From Phoronis australis (taxonomy: Eukaryota > Animalia > Phoronida), in contig NMRA01000859.1 in assembly GCA_002633005.1 (NCBI GenBank), positions 53,991 through 117,990 of the forward strand: a stretch of DNA of 64,000 nucleotides, read 5' to 3'. Made by a program: the position numbers and the translations under genes. How positions within the stretch are numbered: the first letter of the stretch is position 1; every line of letters begins with the position of its first letter. Shown piece by piece: positions 14,001 to 33,900 of this stretch. Under the pieces are notes generated by a model. It did no database searches, was not told the DNA's origin, and was given only the letters and a program-made list of their open reading frames with translations.

Positions 14001-17000
14001 TTCACGTCCCATACAGCCATGGCTCAGAGTGAAGCTATTACAGATGTCTACAGAGGAATGTTAAAGGTGAGCTTACAGCTCAGATCTAGCTTGAGTTAAT
14101 TGTATACCGCTTATGGTTTTTAGCAAAGTTTGTTAAAATTTTCTTGCTTTATCGTACTTACGACAAACACTGAGAAGTAAGACAAGCAGAACACGACATT
14201 CAGTTAGTGGGGAGTTAGTCCTAATGGCCATTTTGTTCTCAACTTGGAGCTTTTTAAGTGATGTTTGGGGGAAGAGCATTTCTGGGCGATATCTTTGGAG
14301 AACAGACTGACGAATTTCAATGAAATCCGATTCAGATCGAGTACTGACAATGTGCCAGCATCATTTGATTTTCTGGGGGATTGCGACACCTCCTATTGCT
14401 CCCTAGAAACATATCATTTGCGCGCACAATGCATGTCAATGCCCCAGCGTTGCTCTTGTTTTAAACTTTGTAGGCACTGGTTGAACTGATATGTAGACAT
14501 GCCTTGAACAGTCCAATTCTGTTGTTATGTTGGTTCACTTTGAAGAGCATGTAGTTGCGGCATTTGTTGCAATGTAAAAATACCTCGAACAGGTCATTTG
14601 TTGTTTGGAACCACACCTTGAAATTTTGAATATTTCTTGATATACTGAGATACAGTGACTGAAGTGATCATTTTTTAATTTTGTTTGTTGACGTTTTGTA
14701 GACACCTTGAAATGATCATTGTTTTGTTGTTATTTTAGACAAACGTTGAGATTTTCAAATGACACACTTTGAAGCGATCAATTTGTTGTTAATATATATT
14801 TAGACACACATTGAACTGTTCATTTCATATGTTACATGGGCCCATTTATTTGTTGTAGTTGCAGTTTGACTCTATCATTTGTTGTTACTTAGGCACGCTT
14901 TGAACTGTTCACTTTTTATTAATCAGGCACAATTTGCTGATGAATCTCAGAAAGCTACTGCGGAGAATGAAAGGAACTTGCAGCAGGCCGTTGTACAAAA
15001 GGTATTGACTGGAACTAAGGGGATGGTGCTTTAGTTATCAAGAACGCGAGGCATTTTGGAATTAGAATAAATGTTCACAGAGTGAACCTCTTATCTACAT
15101 GTATGACAGATCATTGATTGGCCGAGTGTAGTTCTGGCTGGGGGTCAGGTTTGTACCGGATCTACTGATTGGTCAGAGTATTATTATGACTGGAGGTCAT
15201 GAAAATATTCTAATTTGTTGACATCTGAACGTCTGCCATTATCTTCAAAGAAACCATTCAGCTGTAGGCTATTACATGGCTGTGGTCGCTGTAGGCTGCA
15301 CTGGATGTATTATATTATTCTGGCTTGGCTGACTTGTGTATCTACCAGCATTCTGCTTCTCATTAATTCTGCTGGGTAATTATGCAACTTAACGGGCCAA
15401 TTATGAACAAGGTTCGTCAACCAGCAGGCAGTAGTTGAAAATTGTGGAAAGCCAACTGTCAATCCTTAGTAACCATTCTTGGCGTGTCAAATTTATGCCT
15501 GATCTACTGATTGGGCAGAGTATGGGTCTGGCTGGAGGTTGATTCTACCGTGGTCCTTGTGATGAGGAGACTGGCTGGAGGTCATATCTATGCCTGATGC
15601 ACTGATTGGCTAGAGTATGAATCTGGCTGGAGGTCATAGTTATGTCGGATCCAGTCTGATTGGCCAAATTATTGATCTGGCCACAGGATGTTTGTCAGTC
15701 TTATGAAGTATATACCCGTTTGAGTGTATGCCTTTCCTGGAATTTTCACTCATGATTGAGCCATGCTTTCTTATAGGCCCAGCCCTAATTTGTAGTCATT
15801 AGGTTCAGTGTGTCAAGGGCACAAGCTGACTTTTTTCAACTTGAGAAATATCAATCTAATCCGAGAGTCACACAGTTACTTTCATGCTAAGTTGCAAGAT
15901 ATATTTCATGGACGTGTCTTTCTATAATGATGTAAATTTGTAATAAGTACTATATGATTGAACCACATTCTATGATAAACTACTAATTTATATGTGCGAT
16001 GCATGCAGTGGATATATTAGTGCTCCGTGTTGTTCTTGTTCTGAGATTTTAGGGTCTACCTCTCTATCGGCCAATTGGATCATTATGAAAATTGGCATGT
16101 TTTTTCTGGGAAACAATTTTATTAGGACAAAATATGCTCATTATGACACCCTCTATTGGCACTTTTCTTTTCTTGCCTGTACTAAGTATCTTGATGGTCT
16201 TTCGTGAAATTTTTGTTTTTATGTGAATGGTACAATTAATGTGGATTTCGAGTTGAATCTGACTATTGTAGAGTCCTCTAGTGACAATTTTGTTTTTCTT
16301 TGCTTTTGTGGTAGTATTTCATTTGAAGACGGTGCCACAAGACCCCTTGTGAGCTTTTTATTATATTTGTGTTACTCGCTTTCCCATCGTTTCAACTGTG
16401 AAGAATCATGATGAAAGGCGATGGTTGTATTACTGAGAAGAGCTACCCCTAGTGGTTATTTTGAGTTTACTTGGAATTGGTCCCTTTAGTGGGATTTTTT
16501 TTAGCTGTTTCCAAATGAAGTGCCAGTCACTTGCATAAGACATTGATTTAGTTTTGCACTACACTGACTTTGACTATGTTTTACAGACAACGGAACTGAT
16601 TGACATGTTCCGTTCATACACCGAGCCAGCGAAATTATCGCTACCCATGAATGAAACAGATCTGGATTACATGTGAGTACCAGTGTATCAAATGACTGTG
16701 TACTATAAAGTTGTAACAACTTTATAGTACACAATCTATCATGATCTCTTTCAGTGAATGCCACCTGTTATCAATTATGCGTACTATTCTCTTTACTTGT
16801 GTTTGTTGAAACTATAGGTTTGTTTGATGGTAGATGACTGTACAATCACATATTCATTTCAATGATTGATAAAACAAATCATTTGACTTAAAATAAATTG
16901 GCACATAGTATTAGCAAAAAGTTCAATTAAAGTGAAGTTCATTGGCTTTGTTGAAACTGCATGTGGCAAACGTTTTTTAAATCAATAAAATAAAGAAGAG

Positions 17001-20000
17001 TACATTTAAATTTTGCAATCTTTTTTTGCTCTTACCATCAGAAACTGGTCTTAGCTTCTTCCTTGCTTTAATGGGTTTCTGCAGTTTGTTATTGCTCGAG
17101 TCCAGGCACAATTATTTGTGTGGTCATTTTATGTACCAAGCGGGTCCTCAACCAATAACCAACAAACTGTTGTCAGTTAATTTTTCTCAAACCTGAAAAT
17201 CCTATCACATCTTAGTATGAATGTGTCGAGACCATTTGTGCACTGTATGTGTCTTAAATCAAAAGCAGTGTCGTTATTTTTTACAAAACGCAGGAGCATG
17301 GTTATTAGTTTTGGCGTGGAAGTGTCAGAAAATTTTGTTTCAAAGGATTGTCAATTTTCTGGCAAGATTATATTAGTCAGGTTACTTGAAAGGTTCTGAA
17401 GCATTCTTTAGTGTAAATTACAAATGCTGCAGCCACTGTCTTGTTTAACAACACCATTGTATTGGCAGCCTCTTCAAAGAACGAGACAGGTGTTGTTCAA
17501 TATTGAGAGAGGAATTCAAGGAGTTTTCCAGTATGAAAGCCTTCACCGGTGGATTGGAACAACTGTCACAAGGTGAGTTATTCAGACTATATTTATTGTC
17601 TACAGTATTGTACATTTCTTAATTTTTTATTTGAAATAAAGCAAGTATTTACAAAAATCGTGGTAGTATGAACTAAACACGCTATCCTGGGGCAACCAGA
17701 AAAAGGGAAAGAAACAGCTAAGAAAACAAATGTATTAGGGTAGCCCATCTACTGTTGAAGTCATCATGTTGGTAATTATTGTAATACATAATATATTATT
17801 CTTTATACAGTAGTCATGAAATTCCCTTTCATGTCTTTCAAGAGATGGTATAGTTCGTACACTTTATAAATAGTGGCGCGAGGCAACTATTACAAGATGA
17901 ATGATACAGACTTCATTGGTCTACTGTTCATACACTTTATGCTTCCGATCTTAAGTAACTATGCTATTCAAGTGTAGAAGATTGGTGTTGTGATGGTGTT
18001 GTTACAGGCAAGTTTAAATAGTACAGGCCATGAACATACATTTTCCTTGTAGAATGTTGCGAGTTTGCATTCTGATTAAACCTGAATAAAAATATCTACG
18101 AGATGCATTATCATAGAGCAGATGTATCTTTGTCACCCATTATAAGTCTTATTGATAAATTCCGTTTAAACTTTACACAGACTTCTTAGTTGGTAACATT
18201 GGTTTACATTTGTTTACACTGTCTTGAATTTTGTATTATTTACCATGCAGTAAATTAGACGTTTGATGATGCAGTTTAGTTCAGTTTCTGAGAGACACTG
18301 TTTTTTAATAACATCACCTGGTTTGGGATACAAAAGTTTGACTTCTGATATCATGATAACGAATTACTATGAAATGACATCATGACGATTTCTGTTTTTG
18401 GACTAGCTGTGGAAAATCTCATTACACTCCGTCGTCGTGACAACGTGGAAGCATTTACCCGCGAGGTCAGTCAGCCGCTGAACATGGCCAAGCAAGTAAT
18501 CATGTTGTCTGCAGACAAGTTGCACACAGTGTTTAGTTTGAGGCAGTATGTAAGTATGGCTTGTAACTTGAGGTCTAAGGAATACTTCAAACTTAAAATG
18601 CAATTTTGGATGGTTTTGAGAAAAATAGCTGACAACTGTGCACCAACCAGTTACTAAAAGATTGGTTGAGAACATTCTGCGCCTGAGGTTTTGAGGCTAC
18701 GACCTTCAAGTAAAATGAGGGCATTTGTTCTGGAAAGACATCATGGAGAGTACATGTATAAACAGGCTCGCCATGTATTTTGTTGTCCTGAACACAGTAA
18801 AGTTGTAACTTAGGCAATCAAATTTGAACTGGTCCATTTATTAAGTTGCTGATCGACTTGCCACCATATTTCTCTGAATAAGTCATAAAATGAGGACGCT
18901 TGTATTATTTAACCGTAAATAACATACTAAAGTAACGTCAAATGGGGATCTCTGACATATTCAGTCATTTGTCAGTCACAAAATAGGGAAACCTGAATTA
19001 TTCAGTCATTTGTCAATTCTTCCCAAGCGGGATATATGGTGACTAAAGCATGGGCAGCAAGATGTGTCACCAGCACCACCTAGTGTTAATATCCAAGTTA
19101 TACATCACCTCTGTTCATGATGAGGCAGCCTTTAAGTTTACTGCAAGTGAAGAGATTGTCATTTATCGCATAAAAACTTCCGGTATTTAATTCTGGTGGA
19201 AGGCCTTACACTCATTATTTAGAAATAATCAACTTTTAAGGTGTATGTCTGTCAAATAAACAATTTTTCATATAGATCCCTTATTGCTGTGACAAAATTG
19301 ATGATGAAAACTCACTGGTTTCTGGGCTTGAAAAAACTGACAGTAGAAATAATAGAACGTCCTCTCGCTCATGACATGGTGTGTTAACCCTGTAGGAATA
19401 ACAAACAGTCTAATACAATTTCAAGTCCTGAAAAATCAAATCAAATTTAAGTAACAACACTTACTCGAGACTTATTTCATAGCTAAGGTGTCTAAATTCT
19501 AAATCAGAAATTATTTTTTGACTCAAAACAAAAATTTGTATCAGCTTTAAATGTTGTCACACTACTGCCTGTTTTTGTTTTGGAAACAAATTTTGAGTTC
19601 TTGGAATGAAATATCTGCAAATGGACATTTTAGCAATTCCAATTGTGAAGTTCAGTTAAACTCACACAACCACAACAGATGTAGTCAGCTTTTCACCAAC
19701 AGAAATTCATTGCGGAAAAATACCTTCTGTTTGTTGTCCACTTATTATGAATTGTCTAGTATGAACACATTTCACTCTATAGTCTGAACACACTTTGCTT
19801 ATGATGGTACAGTTGATGACCCAGATGGACTCATTTTTATGTAATGCGTGACCTATTTTCTAGATTCAAAAAGTCTGCCTTCTGAACCTGAATGAAGGTA
19901 AAGCCAAGACGTGGCCAATCAACTTCAAGCAAAGCGTCATTAATCACTACATGAAGACAGACCATGAACTGGTGAAGTTGGTGGCCTCCAAGGAGGGTGT

Positions 20001-20055
20001 CTGGTCTACCGTGGTAGGCTTCTTCCACTGGCTGCTCTGGCTCATTGGTTTCTGA
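2092..20055 (+). CDS. Guanylate-binding protein (GBP)/atlastin-family large GTPase, 19 exons, ~794 aa, with putative signal peptide and C-terminal hydrophobic tail
   Basis: Phase-consistent GT-AG exons: 2092-2182, 3397-3515, 4725-4886, 5161-5370, 5926-6012, 6767-6881, 7435-7605, 7805-7884, 8201-8338, 9830-9888, 11420-11549, 12174-12338, 12828-12918, 13900-14066, 14927-15001, 16587-16672, 17469-17572, 18407-18549, 19864-20055 (2385 nt, open, ends TGA). Motifs: VAVVGKFHSGKSFLLN (G1), QTMGIWMW (G2), FLDTEG (G3), KIFAVATLLSSYLIYN, FPPLLWVVQDF (G4 region), followed by a long helical region. Confidence 0.9.
2427..2658. mobile_element. Two adjacent mini-MITE copies; the second spans an assembly gap (N 2559-2612) in a poly-G run
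   Basis: cgtgggcggtgcagc...gcactgcccata and catgggcggcac...ggcgcccatg; similar to 46058-46129. Confidence 0.55.
4009..4374. mobile_element. TTAA-type non-autonomous DNA transposon (MITE), copy 1
   Basis: Starts ttaaaaagataccaaacc, ends gtttagtagtcttttgaa (imperfect TIR); interior (ctaaacgggcaagcg, tctgtgacat, aagattgacacc) shared with 8915-9282. Confidence 0.7.
8340..8725. repeat. Degenerate short-period minisatellite (tttgacatgc core) starting at the exon 9 donor
   Basis: Many tttgac(a/g)tg units at ~13-20 bp spacing. Confidence 0.85.
8915..9282. mobile_element. TTAA-type MITE (Kolobok/piggyBac-like ends), copy 2
   Basis: ttaaagggataccaaaccc ... gggtttagtgtctttttaa; TTAA at both ends; homologous to 4009-4374. 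Confidence 0.75.
10698..11150. repeat. 21-bp minisatellite (cccatcacaaggtccgtcctt)
   Basis: About 21 copies; produces the spurious 227-aa MGRMDLV-repeat ORF. Confidence 0.95.
11545..11900. repeat. ~55-bp degenerate tandem repeat beginning at the exon 11 donor
   Basis: gag(g/t/a)tgtg(t/c)catcactgcatgtcatgtgatcatgtgttagttgtt units. Confidence 0.85.
13110..13620 (+). repeat. Dispersed repeat family (other copies ~14215-14445 +, ~53755-53990 -)
   Basis: Shared core gaagagcattt...ga(t/c)g(g/a)atttcaatgaaa and gc(g/a)cctcct.gtggcc blocks. Confidence 0.65.
14490..14930. repeat. ~40-bp degenerate tandem repeat ending at the exon 15 acceptor
   Basis: (t/c)ag(a/g)cac...ttgaa.tg.tcatt...gttgtt units. 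Confidence 0.7.
15105..15680. repeat. Degenerate ~50-bp repeat
   Basis: tctactgattgg.cagagtat...tggctggaggtc recurring in two clusters. Confidence 0.7.
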
Positions 20056-20804
20056 AGCTCTTGTCTTTTTGTGTCAGAAACTTTCAACAGAACATTTCAT
20101 CAAATAGTCAACTTTGCTTGATTGTGCAGCAAGTTACAAGTCTTCAGTAATGGCTTGCGCGAACTTGTGTTTACCATGTCAGATACGTTTTCAGCGTGTT
20201 GTTTGAAAGGCATAGCTCTGTATAAAATGTAAGCAGTGCCCTCTGTCACCATGAAATATGTTGCTTCGGATCTGCGGTGGGTTTTCATTAACCTGTAAAG
20301 ACTGGGTTCCTGGTAACAGTTCCAAATAGAGACTCCACTGCCTTGCACTACATTGGTGGACTTGTCAATAAGTCAGAAGTATTGCAATAAGAGAATGTCG
20401 TTAGTCAGAGAAAAACTCACAACAAGGTATACTGATGGACAAAAACAGCTCCAGCAAATTTAGAGAACTTTGTCAAGTCCGTATTTGGGACTATAGTGCG
20501 TCATGCAGACAGTCACTTGTCTCCAGTGATGGCAATATCAAGGGGCTCGTTTTATCACCACGGTCATGTTACTAGTGGGTCGTAGCTCAGACCCCATTAT
20601 TCTAGATTTCCACTTTGGTTTGTGAACGTAACTGGAGAGTGTGATTACCGTCTGTGGTAAACTTTTAATGTTAACTTAAAATGTTAGTCATTACGCTTAG
20701 TTTTGATGAAAAAACCTAGGATCTCTTGTGTTAATACATGATTGTCTTCAAATATCCTAGAACATCACATATTTTCAAGTTACCAACTTCAAAAATTGAT
20801 TTTC

Positions 20805-20810
20805 AATAAA
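20805..20810 (+). terminator. Candidate polyadenylation signal of the GBP-like gene
   Basis: AATAAA ~750 nt after the stop, followed by GT-rich sequence (tgtatgtgttttgtg). Confidence 0.5.
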
Positions 20811-21081
20811 AGAGGCTCCAGGTAGCTTCAACATGTATGTGTTTTGTGAAGCTATTCGTGATAAATTGTGCATAAGTTGTGTGTCAAAACTTATACCAAA
20901 GCTAATCTACAGAACTACTGCAATGGCAAGATAGTTTTCAAAGCAATCGATGTTATCAAGTTTTAACATTCTGTTCTAGAAACTCAAGAAAAATTCCAAG
21001 CTAAAAATTCCACTAGGCAAATCTCGATCTCAGGACTCGAAACTTATTTTCGATTAACTCAGTCCGTAAAAGGTAAAAGTG

Positions 21082-21248
21082 CACCAATGTGTTTACTGGT
21101 GTCACTCCGTGGTGAAGGGTGAACCAATGTGGTGTAACTCAGTGGTGAAGGGTGAACCAATGTGGTTTAACTCAGTTGTGAAGGGTGTACTGGACCAGGT
21201 GTAACTCAGTTGTGAAGGGTTTGCCAAGGTGTACCAATCTGTTTACTA
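21082..21248. repeat. 33-bp minisatellite between the convergent GBP-like and SURF4 3' ends
   Basis: gtgaagggtgaaccaatgtggtgtaactcagt, ~4-5 copies. Confidence 0.85.
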
Positions 21249-22533
21249 GAAGCAATTGAACAAAGGGAACCATCAAAGTGCTTTGCAATAGCTTCGGGAA
21301 TTTCCTCGTCTGAATTCCCAGTTGTCAAAATTTAACCTAGACCTATTGAGGATTATTACAAGACTGGCGTTTAATATATATATTATATTTCTTACTAAAC
21401 ATACAGTTTGTACAACAACGCCTGGGTACAGGGTAGTCCAGACTTACAATGACATCTCATTAGGTTGATTGCGTTGAAAACATCTATGTGTACTGTGGTG
21501 CCACCTATCTTACCATTTTCATGCAATGCGTTCTTTAAAATGCAGCAATACAGTATCTCCGAGTTAGACATTGATTGCATCAGTGACCCATTCTTTATTC
21601 AATCACACCAATAGCTAGAAAACCCAACAATACAATGTTGTGACCAGGGAAGACTAGATCACTAGACTCGCTGGCTACACTGTGTAAGCTGAAAATATGC
21701 TGATAAAGGCTGGGCGTACAGCCAGTCAATGATTGACTTGGTATTGGCAGTGCCAAACATAGTTGTGGTTCACACGTATCTCAACATCCACTAGGGAATA
21801 AGTTATGATGTATTGCATTTTAGTACATAGAAAACACGGTCCCTACTTAAGGTAGATTTCAAGAAAATAAAGGGAACATGTCACTTATCAACTGACACAA
21901 CACCCTGGCTGTTAATGCACATTGGGGTAATACTTAGCACCAAACGGGGTTAAAACCAATCCAAAATGGCCGCTGTTTAGCAGTGACACCATACGGCTTT
22001 GAAACGTTTACTCGCATCACATGAGTGCCGTTTTTCCTTGGTAAATCTTATCCTACGCCAGCGTGTAGAGGCAAAACACGCTCCATAATCCCCCACAATG
22101 AGCCAATCTCTTCACAAATTCAAATACATTGTACATCGGGTTCATCGCCTAACATTTTCACATGCACAAAATCACACAAAACAACTTGCTTGGATATACA
22201 AACTGGACTTGTCACTTCAGAGATTGTCGCTAGCTATTTTATCTGCTTTTGAATGAATGCTTTTGCTAACTTAAGCGTGGGATACAAAGTTGATAGTTTA
22301 GTAAGGGCTTGGCTGTGAGCAGAACTAAAGAATCCACCCAAGGGTACAGAGAGGGTGATATTGGGAAACGCAGTATCTCTTGATCAAGTATCTGCAGCCT
22401 ATGTGACGAAGTGAACACCAGATGGCAGTAGTAGTCCCTCCAGACAAGTCCTCACATTGTGTGATTCCATGCACATGTTATCGCTGTTCCTCTTTCACTA
22501 ATAGGCATAGCCACGTTAACACAGATGACACGA

Positions 22534-30596
<8,063 letters not shown>

Positions 30597-30991
30597 ACTT
30601 GCAGTCTCCTTCTAACACAGTTCCAAAAGCCACGTACCATCCAATGTGTACGGACCGGAACTTGGCGAAATTATAGAAAGCTAAACTCAGTTAATATTAT
30701 TCGACCCCTCCCGCACAAAACATTTGAATCTTTTAAATATCTTAAAAACCTATAGCAAAATTGAAAAAAAAACAGAAAAATTCGGCACTTTAAAAGTTGT
30801 TTTGTATACAATTTTACATTTTCATGAATATTTACAGGAATAAAATTGTAAATGCATTAATAAGTGTACTCAAATATAGGGAGTGTGTTTGTTTATTCGC
30901 ACCACTCGCCACGTACGCATAACTTGTCTCGTTTTCAAAAGTCAACTGTAATCGGTAAACTACGGTAACGTCCGTATATTTCCGAATAAAG
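30597..30991. promoter_or_regulatory. Bidirectional promoter region shared by SURF4 and TADA1
   Basis: Divergent ATGs only 395 bp apart; YY1-like AAGATGGCAGC overlaps the TADA1 ATG (30989-30999). Confidence 0.75.
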
Positions 30992-33900
30992 ATGGCAGCC
31001 CCCTTGGACTTGTCGCAGGCGAAAGAAAACTTAGCCGAAGCATTGGGAGATAGAATGAAGCAGTACGTTTTATTCGAAGCAATTTTGTCAGAGTTACTTA
31101 ATTTTTTTCACATTATTATTTAATGACACATTTTCTCGATTCATTTGTCTGATAATCTTACTATGAACAGACATAGTCTTGCCCGAAGGCGACGGCGCAC
31201 AGGATTGTGGGCCTTCTCTGACTGTTGTTGCTCGAAGATCTATTTCTGATAATTTAAGTTATAAGTCTATGAGTCAATCAATACACGAGTGAATGTAATA
31301 AAAACTCTGGGAGGGATGTGGAAGGGCCAGAGTAACATTTAGTGCTTAGCCTTAGGCTTAGTAGGCCTCTGCGGGTCTGATGTCACCCTGCCTAGGCAAT
31401 GGCAATGGCCATTGCCTCTGTTCTGTTGGCTAGACCAGAGGCGATGCAGCTCCTATGGGCGCTCCATACGCCGGAAGCTTTTCGGCGAATTATGCCTCGC
31501 TCCGACAAAAACATTAAAGTCACGTTGTTATAAATACCTTTTGCGCATAGAGGAACACCTTAGGAGGTTGTCGATGTGTATAATTCCTTCCAACTCGAAC
31601 AAATACTCCCGTTAGTGTTAAGTTTCTTTCGCAGGTATGAAACAAAGCCGGGATTTGGTTTTTACATATTGAGAAAAGATGTTTTCGAAAACTGAATTTG
31701 TTTTATAAAATGAGAGTGACACACTATGTAGGCTGCGTGTCAATTTTAAATCACGCGCCGTCGTTTGTCATGCGTTATGATGTGCGCTAGCCTGAACCAT
31801 GGGCGCTTAATGGGAAATTCTCAAAGGTTGAGGGGGAACGCTTAGTAAATCAGTGACCGCTTATTACAAAACACTTCAAAGGTAGGGAGTAGGCTTGTGC
31901 GTGAGCATTGTCGTTAACCTGAGTGTTTGCGTTAATAAGATATTAAACAACTGCAATGGTAAGAAACGTTTTAATATTATGATTTTGCGAGACAAACTCC
32001 ATCGAGTATAGGGGGGACTTTCTGGATATCGTTACCACCTACATTATACCCTTTTTAGCCACCCCGAATAATTTTGTTTTTAATTACCCGCTTCAGCCGA
32101 AACAAAAATGTTTCTAGTGGAGTGTGAACATTTTACGGCGACGGTGGTCCGGGAAGCGAAAACTTGCCAGAGAGAAGAGAAGAATAAAAAATCGTTGACC
32201 ACAATTTCACATCTAGTACCCGTTTAGTTGCAACAGCTGGCTATGGGCATAGAATATAGGGTTTAGGGAACATCGACCTCGTGAAACATTGTCACAGGAA
32301 ATATCAGTTCTGGATTATACCGGTCCCGGGGAATATCGTAAAGCATCGGGTCTTTTATAACCGCCGGGAATCTATGAGTTCATTTTCAAATAAACCACTG
32401 GCACGTACCCGGGTGCTTAACAGAGCCAAGCCGGTATACTCTTTCATTTAGTACTGTAGCTGTTCTCTTTTGATTTGCAGCTTTGAAGTCCCCCCACTTT
32501 AATTGCTGGAGCAGGCCTACACTTAACATACGCGCACCCAGCCTAAAATATAGGGGGGCTCGAATTTTTCCATATGCAGACCTGTTACTGAAAAAAATCA
32601 ACGAGGACCAAAAAACGGGGCCATTAGGTTCAGGCTTGCCAATCGTGCATCCGCGCCGAATTCCTGTGGACTTCGTGAATTTTTGTCTCGTTTACTCAAG
32701 GGACTTTTTGTTTCACTGAGGCAAACTTTTTTGCCCAATTCGCCAATTCGCTCCGATCCCCCCTGGATGAGCCCATTATTTACGCTGGCAGCAACGTGTG
32801 AAAGTCAAGTCATATTTCGCTCACGTAGCCCTAGAAATAAGGGGTTAGATAATTTCTTGGTAACTGAAAGTAAAGACGTGGCCGTCGCTTGGCGATTAAT
32901 AGGGTTGTCATTTTCACTTTCAGTGGCGGATTTAGAGGGGCGCCATGCCCCCCCTAAAACTCTCCCAGATTCCATTTGGCAGTTCGGAGGTGCGCCTTCT
33001 GACGGGCAAAATCCTGGCTAATACTCTGCCCTGGCCTCCCCCCTAAATAAAAATCCTGGATCCGCCCCTGACTTTGGCTGTCATTGGCAATAAAAAACGA
33101 GACGCACATCTCCAAGTCACGATTTTCTGCCGGGACCGCTTGCGCGCTAACAACGGGACCGAACAGTGCCGCAGTGCCGGCAATATCAGGGATGTTGTCG
33201 TAGATATTTGGTACAACATGTAATAAGGACATCTTACGCAAAAAATAAACATATCTGTCCACCAAAAAGTTTGATAAGTTGATCGCTTAAGAATTAGTGG
33301 AAACACTGCCGTGTTGTGACATTTTATCACGTGTTATGCAGTGGCCTGAAACTTTCCGGCCCGAATCCGGAAACTTGCAAAAGTTGCCGGAAGTGTTAGC
33401 AAATGAAACGCGTCAAAGATCGATTCTGCATATCCCATGTTCACGCGACTTGCTGACATGTACAAGTCATCGGGAGGGCTGTTCTCGGTTGGCGTTCTTT
33501 TGAACTTGGATTTGGAAACACCCAAATAACATTCGGATTAAAAAGGTTTCCTTCGCCTTTAACAGCAAAATTATGATCATTATGGGAACAAAATTATTAT
33601 GACCGTTATGCTGAATACATTTTATATCCATTATGCGGACAAAATCATTATTGTGACCATTATGCAGACATAATTGTTATGACCATTATGCGGTCAAAAT
33701 TATGACCATTATGCAGGCAAAATTATGTCGATGATCATTATGCGGACAAAATTATGTTTATGACCATTATGCAGACAAAATTATGTTGATGATCATTATG
33801 CAGACAAAATTATGTTTATGACCATTATGCGGACAAAATTATGTTGATGATCATTATGCAGACAAAATTATGTTTATGACCATTATGTGGACAAAATTAT

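Noticed and set aside
20056-22533. Functional link between the putatively luminal GBP and the cargo receptor SURF4 based on adjacency
   Set aside because: Tail-to-tail neighbourhood in an animal genome is not evidence of shared function.
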